Of a DNA stretch of 64,000 nt, positions 1 through 11,589 are shown piece after piece. The notes under the pieces are model-generated. The model was not told the origin of the DNA, did no database searches, and saw only the letters and a list, made by a program, of their open reading frames with translations. How positions within the stretch are numbered: position 1 is the first letter of the stretch; every line of letters begins with the position of its first letter. The DNA is from Ginglymostoma cirratum (taxonomy: Eukaryota), in contig JAHRHZ010000088.1 of the NCBI GenBank assembly GCA_024137785.1, positions 7,262,375 through 7,326,374 of the forward strand, written 5' to 3'. Made by a program: the position numbers and the translations under genes.

Positions 1-309
1 CCAGGTAAGTAAGGGGCATTGGACTGGAGGTTTTACTGATCTTAGACAGGGAGCAAAGGGGAATGGAGTGGTTGGTTTCAAAGTCTATGGGGGGGTATAA
101 GGAATTGGGGGTGTTACCTTCTGAGGTACTGGACACCCTCTGAATATAGTACTCCATTCCTTCCAGCAATTATAAAAACGTTAAGAGAAATATCTCCCTC
201 TCACCTGCCCACATCAGCTATATTATAGCATGGGCAAAGTAATATTGGGGTCAACTGAGCTTTTAACTTAACTATGTATTTATATCTGATTGGGTGGGCT
301 GCTGATTCT

Positions 310-828
310 CAGCTGGAATATTGTGAACAGTTTTAGGATGTGTAGCTAAGGAAAGATATACTGGCATTGAAAGTAGCTTAGGAAAGGCTGATACCAGGTA
401 TGGAGGGACTGTCTTATGAGGGGAGGTTAAGTTGGTTGGGACTATAAAGGAATGAGAGACAACTTTATTGAAACATACAATATTCTTCGGGGATTTGACA
501 GAGTAGATATGGATAGGTTGTTTCTGCTTGTGGGAGAGTCTGGGACCAGACAGTATAATCTCAGAATAAGTGCAGCACATTTAATACAAAGAGGAGGAAT
601 TTATTTTCTCAAAGGGCAGTGAATCTGTGGAATTTTTCACTCCAGAGGTCTATTGAGTTTGGATCATTAAGTATATTGAAGGCTGAGATGAACAGTCTTT
701 TTTTAAATCAGTATGGGAATCAAGGATTATAGAGAAAAGCCAGGAAAATGCAACTGTATTATTAGATCAGCCATGATCTCATTGAGTGCTGAGCAGGCTT
801 GATGGGCTGAATGGTCTACTCCTGCTCA
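310..828 (+). mobile_element. CR1 LINE 3' fragment (decayed)
   Basis: RT C-terminal remnants (IETY..., VNLWN-type motif gtgaatctgtggaat) followed by the typical 3'UTR gatcagccatgatctcattga...gggctgaatggtctactcctgctc. Confidence 0.85.
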
Positions 829-1069
829 TCTGTCTGTAGAACGGGGATGAGCTCAACTATGGGTGAGAAGATGAGGCACTGATCACACAACCTATTTTAC
901 TTGCCCTCATTCCTGAAAAAAAAACACCTGGCAGGAGCATGTGAAACCTTTTGTTTCTTTCCTCCCATCATCTTGCATCGTGCTGGGTGTCTTTGCTAAG
1001 TGCTATTCCACAAAACATGGCATGGACTGGGAACTTACAGAAAGAGATTGATTTCCACCCTCACGGTCT

Positions 1070-1540
1070 GTGTGAAGCTTGAAAGTTGAGGAAAAATTTA
1101 CAAGATGTTGCCAGGGTTGGAGAGTTTGAGCTCTGCGGATAGGCTGAAAACATAGAGTTCTGTTCCCTGGAGTGTTGGAGGCTGAGGGATGACCTTATGG
1201 AAGTTTATAAAATCATGACAGGGGTGGATAGGGTGAATAGACAAGGTCTTTTCCCTAGGGTACAGGAGTCCAAAATTAGAAGGTATAGGTTTAAGGCAAG
1301 AGGGGCAAGATCTCAAAGGGACCTAAGGAGCAACAGGGGGTTTTGCATGTATGGAACTAGCTGCCAGAGGAAGTGGTGGAGGCTGGTACAACTACGACAT
1401 TTAAATGACATCTGGATGGGTATATGAATAGGAAGGGTTTGGAAGGATTTGCACCAAATGGGACTAGATCGGTTTAGGATATTTGGTCGGACCGAAGGGT
1501 CTGTTTCCATGCTGTATGTCTCTATGACTCTATGACTCCA
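1070..1540 (+). mobile_element. CR1 LINE 3' fragment with (TATGACTC)n tail
   Basis: ORF 1197-1427 EVYKIMTGVDRVNRQGLFPRV... is a CR1 ORF2 C-terminus; ends in tctatgactctatgactc; same family as 58770-59467. Confidence 0.9.
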
Positions 1541-2369
1541 TTTCACTGATTGCTGCTATTCTAAGTTATTACACAGCCAGGTCGCCACTGACTCAGTATG
1601 TTTCTCATAATACCTCTCAATTTAACCAATACTTTTAAGGTATTGTTTCATTTTTACTGTAGTTTAGCATAACTGACACTTTAATTGACAGTGCAACAGG
1701 TATCTAAGTGTCAGTCTTCTTGGTTGTACCAGGTTATTTTGCCTTTAGCTGACAAAATTGCATCTGGTAAAATTTTCAATTGTCCGGTCAAGCCTGATCT
1801 TAATTTTCTGACTTCAGGATGTTTAAGGTCATCTACTGTTTTAAACTCAACGAAAGACTGGCTAAACAACCTTATACTGTCGATTATTTCAGCAGAAACA
1901 CAGTGCCTGAATAACAGCAAATAGCTTGGAAAAGATACAAAGCAAACTATTCATTCAAGACGCAGAAAAATATCGCAGGCTGATTTTCATACTTTCAAAG
2001 TTTTGAATCATTCAGAAAAATAAACAGAATTAGGAAAAATATTATTGAATGTTTTTTTAAATCTGTTTGCTGTCAAAAGGGCACCTGGAAATACTAGGAC
2101 GTGGCGATATGGTAAATGATTTTAAATACCTTTACTCAGATTTCCTGCCACGCAGTTCATAACTACCTGCCCTGAAGCAATGTAAAGCTTTAAATCCTGA
2201 TCTGAATAATGGGTAGAACGTCCTTCTTGTCCTTCAATTCCAGAGTTTTTCATACCTCCCTGTGGAATGAGTGTCAATCTCAGTGTTTATCATTTTCCAA
2301 TAAACGTGTGCCCTGAAGGTATTGCTTTACACTGTAACGGTTTAGTGCGCAATGGTGCATAGAGCACGT

Positions 2370-2630
2370 GGAAAAGAGCAGAGAGTTGAAGATGTCAAAG
2401 AAGACAGTGAGAGAGAAGTGGGAAAGAATCAGATTGACAGAGGTACATAGATACACACTTAATTAGAGAGAGTGAGAGTGACCAAAATAGATAAAGAGAG
2501 CAACAGAATGTGAAGACAGGCAATCATGAAAGAAAGAGAGACAGAGAGTGAGAGAGAGAGAGAGAGAGAAACATTGACCAAATGGAAAATGAATAAAGAA
2601 AGTGAAAGAAACATGAAAAGATAAAGGGAT
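2370..2630. repeat. Purine-rich tract with (GA)n microsatellite
   Basis: About 10 GA units at 2550-2568 within AG-rich low-complexity sequence. Confidence 0.85.
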
Positions 2631-3131
2631 GTGAATTTTTTTTTATTTATGTGAATGTTTTTAATTCAAAAGCAGTTTGGAAAAAGTTGTCTGGCTGCTA
2701 CAGAATGATTTAAATCAGACAGAATCTAAACTAAGGCTATTTTGTTACTTGATGTGGTTAAACTTCATAGTATGGGAAAAAATTACTTGCCCAGCTTTCT
2801 GAGACAATAAACTGTTGGGTTTGGACAACCAAGGCTGCTACTGTGGTTGCCTGACAGACAGTCAAAGCTAAAAATGGTGCAGATTATTCTTTGTAGTCCA
2901 AGGGCTCAATAAATCTGGGACTGATTTACATACTGCAACGTGATCATATTGTACAACTTTACTTCTTTAACTCACATTCACTGAACACTGCAGGAAAGCT
3001 TTTGTTCTGTTCCCTTCAGTTGAAACAATCTTCAACATGGGGCATCATTTTAACCTAAGTCTCCAGCTAGAAAAAGGTTTGTGTGGAAATCTGCTTTTGC
3101 ACTCTGCACATTATCATTCCATTTCCTGCAT

Positions 3132-3320
3132 GATATTACTCTCAGTTGTAATCAACCTGATATTACTCTTTATTACATTCCTCTCAACATTACTCTCAAT
3201 TGCAACCTGGCTAACATTAAACTCCATTTCATGCCATCTATCATTAGTCCCAAATGCAGCCCATGTAATATCATTCTCCATTGTAGCATTCCCAACATTG
3301 CTCTCAACTCTTCCCTGGCC
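3132..3320. repeat. Degenerate 27-bp tandem repeat, 7 units, indel-free
   Basis: Units start at 3132, 3159, 3186, 3213, 3240, 3267 and 3294; consensus about RAYATTACTCTCNATTGYANCCNNNCY. Confidence 0.8.
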
Positions 3321-3859
3321 CCAGGCACTTCTCTTCCTTAATTTCAGTGGATATTAAAAACACTCAGGGTGTAAATCCAGCATTGCAACCAATCATTTTG
3401 TTTTTACTGATGGAGGAGCTAAGTTACCACCTATTATTTCCAAATTGGATGAGGTCCCATTACTTCGTGGCTTTTCGGGAATCTACTGGGGCAGAGCAGG
3501 GATCGGCTCTGAGGAAATTCCTGAGAAGCATTAATGCATAATTTTCAACTGCACATGTTGAAAATAAAATGTATCAAATTACAAATTACAATCTGAGAAT
3601 GCTCCAACTGTACAGTTTCGAAAAGTGATTTGGCAGCGCAAAGTGTAAATGTTCAGAACTTTCTGGTTTAAATGCTTCAATCAGTCACCCAGCATCAACT
3701 ACTACAAAGCGAGCAAATACTTCACAGTTGATTTAGAGATGTTTCTTGGTGCTTAACCATCACATATAGGTATCAGATTACAGATGAGTAATTCACCTGT
3801 CACATCTGGAGAGTCAAAATAAGTACCAGATAGGAAGTTAGGAAATGGTTTGTTTTACA

Positions 3860-4410
3860 TTCCACAAGGAAGTTCCTACTCCAAAGCACCAAGAATCCAC
3901 AATTCTATCCCAAATCTACGAGATTCCCAAGTTCTGGAAAGAACCTACTAACACATTCCAGAAAAGAGATCTCATATCTCCACTTCACATCTCCGAGCAG
4001 TGAAACTCCAGAGCCCTGGACTCTCCAGATTCTGTCCCAAAACCAGCAATATCACACAAGTTAATCCCAGAGCAAGGTTCCACTGTGATCCTGCAGAGCT
4101 GCTAAGTTCCCATTCTAGACCAGAAAGATCTCACAGTTCTGTCCATCAGACCTGACTGCAGCTCGATCCTGCAAATCAACTTAAACAAATAAGGTACCGT
4201 CATCTGAATCTAAAGAATGAGGTGAAGCAACTCTGAATGCGGTAACAGTCTACAGTACCAGTGACAGCATGTACTGCAATCCCAAAGCAGCAAGATCCCA
4301 TAATCACATCTTAAACAGTATTGTCTTCTACCCCAAACCCAGAGTAATGTGATTCAATGATCCTTGAAAAGTAAGATTTAACAGCCTATATCAAATCAAC
4401 CAGGTCAAAC
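3860..4410. repeat. Highly decayed ~28-bp minisatellite
   Basis: Recurring ttct(a/g)tcccaaa and aagatc(c/t)cac words near 3890, 4030, 4125, 4280 and 4326. Confidence 0.5.
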
Positions 4411-5549
4411 TGTTACAACCCATTGTCAAAACCTCCAACATGTAGCCAAGGAACTCTCAAAAAGACTATTCTGAGTGAGGGTTGCTAAAGATGGCAAAAG
4501 TGTTTGACGCTTGCTGTAAAGCTGATGTCATGTCTTCAAACAATTGAATAAAAGTAGCCATAGAAATCATAGTTGCATAGAAGGAATGTGTCTCTAGTGC
4601 CATTGCCTTAGATCAAAGCAACTGCAAGCGACACAATCCTAATCAGTGTAAGCTCAGAGTTGGAAACACCCCAGTCAGTGATAACTAAAAGGAATTGATT
4701 GTACTGGCAGTATTCCAAGCAGGCTTTCCATAGATCACCATTCTGGAGCCATTGTTCATACAGCAATGTGCATGCACATAGAACTGTTGGGTGCTAGCTT
4801 TGCATGATCATGAATTATGAAAATGAAAGTTTGTAGCCAGCACTATTTGGCACCTCATTCATTTAAATACAATGGGAAAGTTTACTTAAGCAATGGGGTC
4901 TTGTGCTTATTTTTGCATCTTGTCTCCACTTTGCCTCTCTTTCACTGGTACTTTATCCAACATACATTTATTTGTCCCACTTGAGCACTACAGATAACTC
5001 AGTAATTTGTTTCACTTTAACAAAATTAATACTATCCCATTGTATTCAAATCCTGGGACTTAATCATCTTGGTTTATGATCTGAAAGTCCTGGATGATTG
5101 CATGCTATTGCTGCTTTAAACAATATTGTGAGAGGAGTTTTCAACAAAACTTGGAAGTAAAATGTAAAATTGTTTAAAGAGTTTATTTCAGTCCAAGAGA
5201 GACAACACGATAGTTAACAAAAATCTAAAAAGAACCTGCGTCAGATAATAACAGGATTCATCCTCACTTCTTTTCTTCTTTCAGGCAGCAAAAAATGACT
5301 TTCAAACCGTTTCAAGAGCCAATCGATCTTTAAATTCCCTGTGGACACCACCCTGCTCCCAATATGCTAAGTAGATTGCTGTAAAGACTCCCAGCCTTCA
5401 GCAACTTTATTTCAAGCCCTTCTGAAGCTCAGCCTTTTAGGTTTTCTAATTAGTCAATTAATACAACTTAAAACTCTATCCGCACTCCCCTAAGACAGAA
5501 TGCAAAGTCTGTGGAAATGGTTCCTACATGGTCAATGAGCACATTCTTC

Positions 5550-5830
5550 TTAGCTATCTGACTTAACTCCTCCACTATTTATACTGCTACCGCTACTCGT
5601 CATACTGGGTTGGGAGCTATTGGAGAGGGGAGTTGCAGCTTCTATATTGTTGCCCCAGCTAAAATTCTTGACTGGGGAACTGAAACAGGAATCAAAAAGC
5701 GTCGTTATTTTCCTTCCCCCTGCAGCACTGGCTTCTAACTGATTCTTTGAATAATCCATCGGTTCAATCAACCTCGATAAGTGAGTAACAGGATGACCAA
5801 TGATTGTTGCCCATGATACATGTTTACCGA
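5550..5830 (-). CDS. Candidate terminal coding exon of an unidentified gene
   Basis: Acceptor tttcacctttgtattgcag at 5831-5849; 281 nt open to TAA (xGKHVSWATIIGHPVTHLSRLIEPMDY...SSGSSINSGGVKSDS*); retained CpGs; minus-strand AATAAA at 5406-5411; not repeat-like. Confidence 0.45.
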
Positions 5831-6039
5831 CTGCAATACAAAGGTGAAACATAATTCATGAGAAAGCTCTGTACAAATAGATTGGCTGTCCTCTAGGACA
5901 TTCCTAAAGGCAAAATTTAGATTTATAGTTTGTTTTGGTTTGAAGCCTTATTTATGATTCCAGGAAGTAAGATTTTCTGTAGCAAAGCCGATTATTAAAT
6001 ATAAGCAAATTTAACCTTATGTCCTGATCGATACTTATC

Positions 6040-6215
6040 CCTTAAGCATCATCGCTGAAATGGATTATCTGGTCAGTAGCACACTGCTGTTTGTAAGAAC
6101 TTTCTGCGCACAAATTGATAGCTGTACTTATCCACAATACTACAATGACTGCTACTTCATCAGGCATAAAGTGCTTTCTCCCTGTCCTGAGGTCATGAAA
6201 GGCATTTGCAATTTC
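6040..6215 (+). mobile_element. Deu-domain SINE (SacSINE1/AmnSINE1-like) 3' part
   Basis: gattatctggtcag...ctgctgtttgt...gcgcacaaattg...tgtcctgaggtcatgaaaggc matches the Deu core plus L2-type tail as I recall it. Confidence 0.7.
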
Positions 6216-9200
6216 TTTTGGGCTTCCCGTGGCACTGCGTATGTCGCCTGATATTTAGTTGTTAATTCTGAATTGATAGTGCTGCAGCCTCTAATCACTA
6301 ATAGAATGGAATATGTCAAATCAGTTTTCATGGAATAGATCTGTTAAACATCTGCTTTGCAGAGAAAGTATTCCAATACTTCCAATCATTTTTGAAAGTG
6401 CATTGATTACCTCTTCCGTTGTGCCGTTTCCTGCACATAACAGCTCCATCTCCCACAAAGACCCTCCCACCACCCACTAGGACCCCATCTCTCCCCACCA
6501 TTCCCTCACCAACCACATCCCATGGATTAGTATTCCCTACACAGGCAGTGCTTTTTTTCCTGACTTTTAAATTACCCAAGTTAGGAGTGCAGTTTATTGA
6601 ACAAGTTGATGGACCAAAAAAAAACAAAGTTAACACAAGAAGCAGAGCACACATCTAAAAACAGTTGTCTTAAAGATACACACAGATGTTCAAACCCAGT
6701 GCCCTCAGACATGGTTACAAATTTGTATGAACTTGGTACAGTAAGAAATAGCCACACCAAAAATGTGCAACCCATGCTCCTGAAGCTGGTATTCTTCATG
6801 TATAAAGGCAAATGCTTGGATTTCCCATCAAGTACCATTCCCACCAAGTACCATTCAATGATTGCACCATATTCCTGGTAAGAAAATGGGCCAGTTCCCG
6901 TCTACTTTAATGCTGAACCACTTATCTCCGTTATTTGGAGTAGATGTTGGAAGGACACATTTAACATAAACATGTTCAAATGAAATGATCAACGACATGG
7001 CACCGTTATCCATTCCAGCTTTCATTATTTACACGCAGCAGCGATCAAAGCAGTAAGAAAACATTCAGGGCTATTAAACGCTGGCAACAAAGCAAATATA
7101 AATTTCAATAGTTCAGCATGAACTATTTTAAAGTTTTGCAAGATCCTTCTTTCTCCAAACAGTTTTAACTTTGTTTTGCCACTGCTAACCATCTTATGGA
7201 CATCTTTACTGCATTTGATTCCCAACTGGTGTTCCCATCACTCCTAGTAGGCAACCATGCAATTTATTTTTGACAAATTCCATCTATGTTTGCCGTCTAA
7301 AGGCTAGGTTGGTGAGGCTGTATCAGGGGCTTTCATTACATACACCTCTAGATCTTCCCATCCTTCAGGATAATTATCTCCTTATGAAGCCACCTATCTG
7401 AGTATTACACGCCCAAGTGATGAAACCACCATCTGGAATCCACTACCTGACACATTGCTCAGTACTTACCCAGCTGCCTGATCCTCAGCATTATGGGCAA
7501 GTCTGGGAAATAAGAACCAGATCTCTCTAAGTCCACCCCTTTCAGCACTTCAGAACATGTTCCATCACTCATTCTACCCCTGCTAATTATCACTGCACTG
7601 ACATACACCAACGGAGCTATTAGATTTTATTGGTTAGTCAGGCTTCGGGATAGCTCTGAGGTATTGTAAAGGATAGTTAAAAAATACATTAAGTTTGCAG
7701 ATTGTAAGTTTTCAGAAAATATTTCCAAAGCATTTTCTGCATTTATGATAATGTTCAACTTTTGAAATGTAGAGAAAATCCATTGCACAGATGTTGTATA
7801 ACAGGCAGCATGTGTACACATCTTCAAAGACCCTAAATTTACTAAGAACATAGGGGTTAAACCAGTACAAGGAAGTTTATTGTGCCAACACTGCATATGA
7901 GATCCCTTATATTATTTCTTGTTTTACTTCAGATGTACAAAACCTCTATTTCTGACCCCATCAGCAGCATTTGCTACACAGCCAATATTCTTTTTCACAA
8001 TGTATTTGGCTCAAGTTTCTTGCTCCTCTCCTGAGCGGAGATCACTGCCAAAGTTTAAGCATTTTCCAGATACAACATGAACATTTGTAGAATATAACAT
8101 TTCCATTAGGGACACGCTCAGTGAAAAGATGCATTTATTATGAAGCTGTGCCTGGCAAAGAAAGAGAAACTTAAACAAAAAAAACAAAAAAATATCTGGG
8201 CTCTGGAAAGTTTCCTTGCACTCAACCATTTAACACAATGAGAAGCAATAAATATTTCCATGTTCAGCTGTTTAAATCATTTGTGCTTTTCTTTAAATAA
8301 GTTGTGGCATCCTTGCCCTAGTATATTTGAACGTGAATGTGTGGATCTAATGTAAGGATATTTTTTGCAGTTACTGAACTGTTTGCAGGACAATTAATAT
8401 GCAAGTTACAGATTCATTAGTTTCTACCAGAAGCTAGCTTTTTACACAAGGTACAGTAGTTTGCAACTCATGGTCTGAAAATTAGACTCACACCTTATTT
8501 TATCTCTTTGAGATGAAACATATAATAATTTCAATTTGTAAACTTTTCTAGCCGGTAAAAGCTACAGCTTTGTGATATCAACAAACAGGTGACTAGAGTT
8601 CGTTGCACATAGACAATATTGAATCACAATCATGAAAAAAGAGCACACTTCAGAAATGTAAATATTGATCACTGAGGTACACATTAGCCATTTTCACATT
8701 GAGTGGAGGGACAGGTTTGAGTGACTGAATAGTCCGTTCTTGTCCAAAATCTCGAGTTAATATTGAAAGGTCCAAGAAATGCTCTGTAATAAAATTTCAA
8801 CCCCTTGTGTCCAATTGCATTAGTCCTTATTATGCTTGTAGGGACCAACGCTGGACAGTCTAGATCCTTCTCCACTGAGGTTCAAATGAGCACAATTTAT
8901 AGATGTTTTCATTATCAGCTACAACTTAATGGAATTAAGTAGGCAAAGGCCACAGCACAGTGACCTCCAGTGGGCTGATAATTGTGCTCCTGTACAATAA
9001 TTGCAATGCACAGACTTGGTATTGTCCTTCTCGAGACAGTGAAGAATGTCTGTGTGTTCTGCATAAAAGGTTTACAGGAGCGAGTTAATGTGGTTTGTGA
9101 GCATCAGACAAAGTGACAATGGCATCCCTTATTTATTAACTAGGTTAACCTGTGCATTGTTTGTGTGTTGCCCATTTCTTAATCGGGTCACCCTGCATCA

Positions 9201-9304
9201 TTTTTTTGAATATACATTGGCACCCTAGCTGCTGGTCCTGACTGGCACTTGAAAATAATTCTGGATTTTGTACCTTCAATGCAGTGAAGAGCTATAATCT
9301 AATA

Positions 9305-9768
9305 AAGAAAAATAAAACACTGCAGATGCTGGAAATCTGAAATAAAATCAGAAAGTACTGGAGAAAATCAACAAGTCTGGCAGAAGCCGCAAGACGAGAA
9401 ACAGAGTTCACATTTTCAGTCCAATTTGAATCTTCTTCAGAATTGAAAGGTGTTGAGAAATGTGTTTTTTTTTAATGCTGTGGACAGAAGGGAAGAGAAG
9501 GAAGTGGAACAGATTGTGAGAGTACCCAGAGCAAAAGAGAAAAGACAAAGGCAGTGCCCAGAGCAAAAGATCAAAATGATCACTTTTGCTCTGGGCACTC
9601 TCCAAAGCTATTCCACTTGCTCCTGTGCCCACAGCATTAAAAAAACAGCATTTCCCAGGCTTGGTCAGTTGTGAAGAAGTCATGCTGAACTTAAAATGTT
9701 AACTCTGTTTCTCTCTTCACAGATGTTGCCAGGTCTACTGAGTTTTTTCAGCACTTCCTGTTTTTATT
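9305..9768. mobile_element. Penelope-like pseudo-LTR inverted (hairpin) element
   Basis: Left arm (gatgctggaaatctgaaataaaa...ttcttcagaa) is the reverse complement of the right arm (gaagaagtc...gttaactctgtttctctcttcacagatg...); degenerate hammerhead cores in both arms. Confidence 0.85.
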
Positions 9769-10427
9769 ATAATCCAATAGAGCCTGTTTTTAGAAACCAT
9801 TGTTTTCATTTCAACCAATGAAGCTCTGATTACATCAAAGCTATGTTATTGCATCCTCAAAGGCTGTATAAAGCTGTTTCATCCAATTTCACCTGAACTG
9901 TCTAATTCATGCAAGTAAAATCCACTGGAGTCCATCAGAAGGCACATGCACACCAATTATTAAAATGTGCTGCTTGAAGATGTGTACACCTGAGCTCAGC
10001 TAACAGGCCAACCTGCTCAGAACCACTTGGTATGTGGCATTTAACCTGTTTGAGCCTATGAGCATCATCTTGTGCTATGAGAGGTACAGCATTTGCTACC
10101 CAGAGTGAGCTTCACATGAAAGGTCAATGACTGATAGTACCAACTGCACTCACCGATCTTAAAACCTGTGCAAATGAAAATTGGCTTCAGCTAGCTATCT
10201 AGGCTCAGCACATTGTTTCTGTGTCAAATAATGCATATTTGTCTTGGATAAATTGCTTATGGCTATGGATGGCTGTGAACATTTGAATAATTGGCAAATA
10301 CAATTGTTTCAAATTTCAGCAGCCAAAGTGGGAGAAATATTATTCACAACATATACAAAAAGATCAGAAATCACTACAAAAATACAGGGAGACACAATAC
10401 AATGACAAGAACCTGTAAAGACAATTT

Positions 10428-10915
10428 TAGAATTAGAATTAGCTTTATTGTTACATGTACTCAGTGAAAAATTTACAAGTCGCCACTTACGGCAGCACCT
10501 TAGGAACAAAGGAACCTAGGTACAAATTCTTAAGTACAAATTCTTAGGGGTAAGAAAAATAGGTAAAAATAAATAACTTAAAAATCCAGCATTACAAATC
10601 ATTGGAACAAATTAGAAAAATGAAGAAATAAAAAGTTCAGAAGATCTAGCCTTCCAAGCCCGTCTATGGTGGCACCTAGACTTTAGTCTGCACCGGGCCT
10701 TGACTCACACCAGGCCGAAAGACCGCCAGTCCGGGCCGCCGAGAGACCACTGCACTGGCCTTCGAGAAACCACCCAATTTGGCCATGAGATCACCATGCT
10801 GGGCCACCAAGAGACTGCCCTGCCAGGCCAAGAGACTGCCATGCCGGGCCAGTGAACCACTACGCCAGGCCAGAAGACCACCACACTAGGCTGAGAGATC
10901 GTTATGCTGGCCCGT
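10428..10915 (-). mobile_element. Non-autonomous retroelement with (TTAGAA)n-type tail and internal GC-rich minisatellite
   Basis: ttagaattagaattagctttattgttacatgtactc terminus; related copy at 57070-57300; tail architecture resembles the Rex1 tail at 36478. Confidence 0.6.
10708..10912. repeat. 21-24 bp GC-rich minisatellite, about 9-10 units
   Basis: Repeated YGCCRGGCC(A)AGAGACYRCCA; explains the VVVxWPG pseudo-peptide in ORF 10705-11004. Confidence 0.85.
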
Positions 10916-11589
10916 GCTGATTCAACTGAGATGGACATTTCATGTAATCGCAATGGTCGGCTAAAGAGTTTTGTTTCCTGTTGACAATGAACACTTCCGT
11001 GCAATCCAGCGGATTTTGGAAGTTCCCTGAGTGAAATTCAATATTCTCAGCAATTGCTTGTGCAGAGGGATGGTCTTACTTTTAAAAGCTGCAGCCTCAA
11101 ATTGGCAGTTCTGTCCTCTTTAGCAGAGACATAATGAGAGACAAAATGTGTAACAAGAGTGACAAACATGCAGAGGAACAATAAAATGGGCACCAAATTG
11201 GTAGTGAAAGCTATTATAAACTTGAGACCAATAGTGATTGTAAAATAATCTAACCAAAATAAATATGTTTCCAAACTTTAAGGAAGAGGATGAGATGGTT
11301 TTGTAGCAATTCAAAAGCCCTAATGAAATTAGTGTGTAGGAACAGAAAAAGATGTGAATGGAAACATTGCAGTTAAAATACTTTCTGCATTCAATGTAGA
11401 TTATGATGTGCTAAACATATAATTCTTGTAATTTTGAACTGATACTAAAAGTAAATGTGAACTGTTCTGGGAAGCTCAGAAACAGATACAGGAAGATGGC
11501 AATAGAAATGAAAGGTGAATTATTGATTTTGGAAGGCAATAATGGAATAAATTATGTGAGTTACTGTAAAAAAGATGCTGATTTTAGTT

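Noticed and set aside
1-10. Plus-strand donor-like ccag|gtaagt at the window start
   Set aside because: No upstream sequence is available, and no matching downstream plus-strand exon was found.
1685-1924. Overlapping 69-79 aa ORFs on both strands
   Set aside because: Non-ATG starts, no recognisable motif, and length within chance expectation; the minus ORF lies beyond the putative poly(A) site.
3132-3320. CRISPR-like interpretation of the phased repeat
   Set aside because: Contiguous degenerate units without unique spacers, vertebrate context and no cas genes.
8011-8151. Strong minus-strand acceptor followed by AQLHNKCIFSL...EEQET*
   Set aside because: Could be an alternative last exon, but it rests on one acceptor next to a T-rich tract and has no other support.
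10705-11004. ORF with VVVxWPG repeats
   Set aside because: Translation of a 21-bp minisatellite inside a retroelement.
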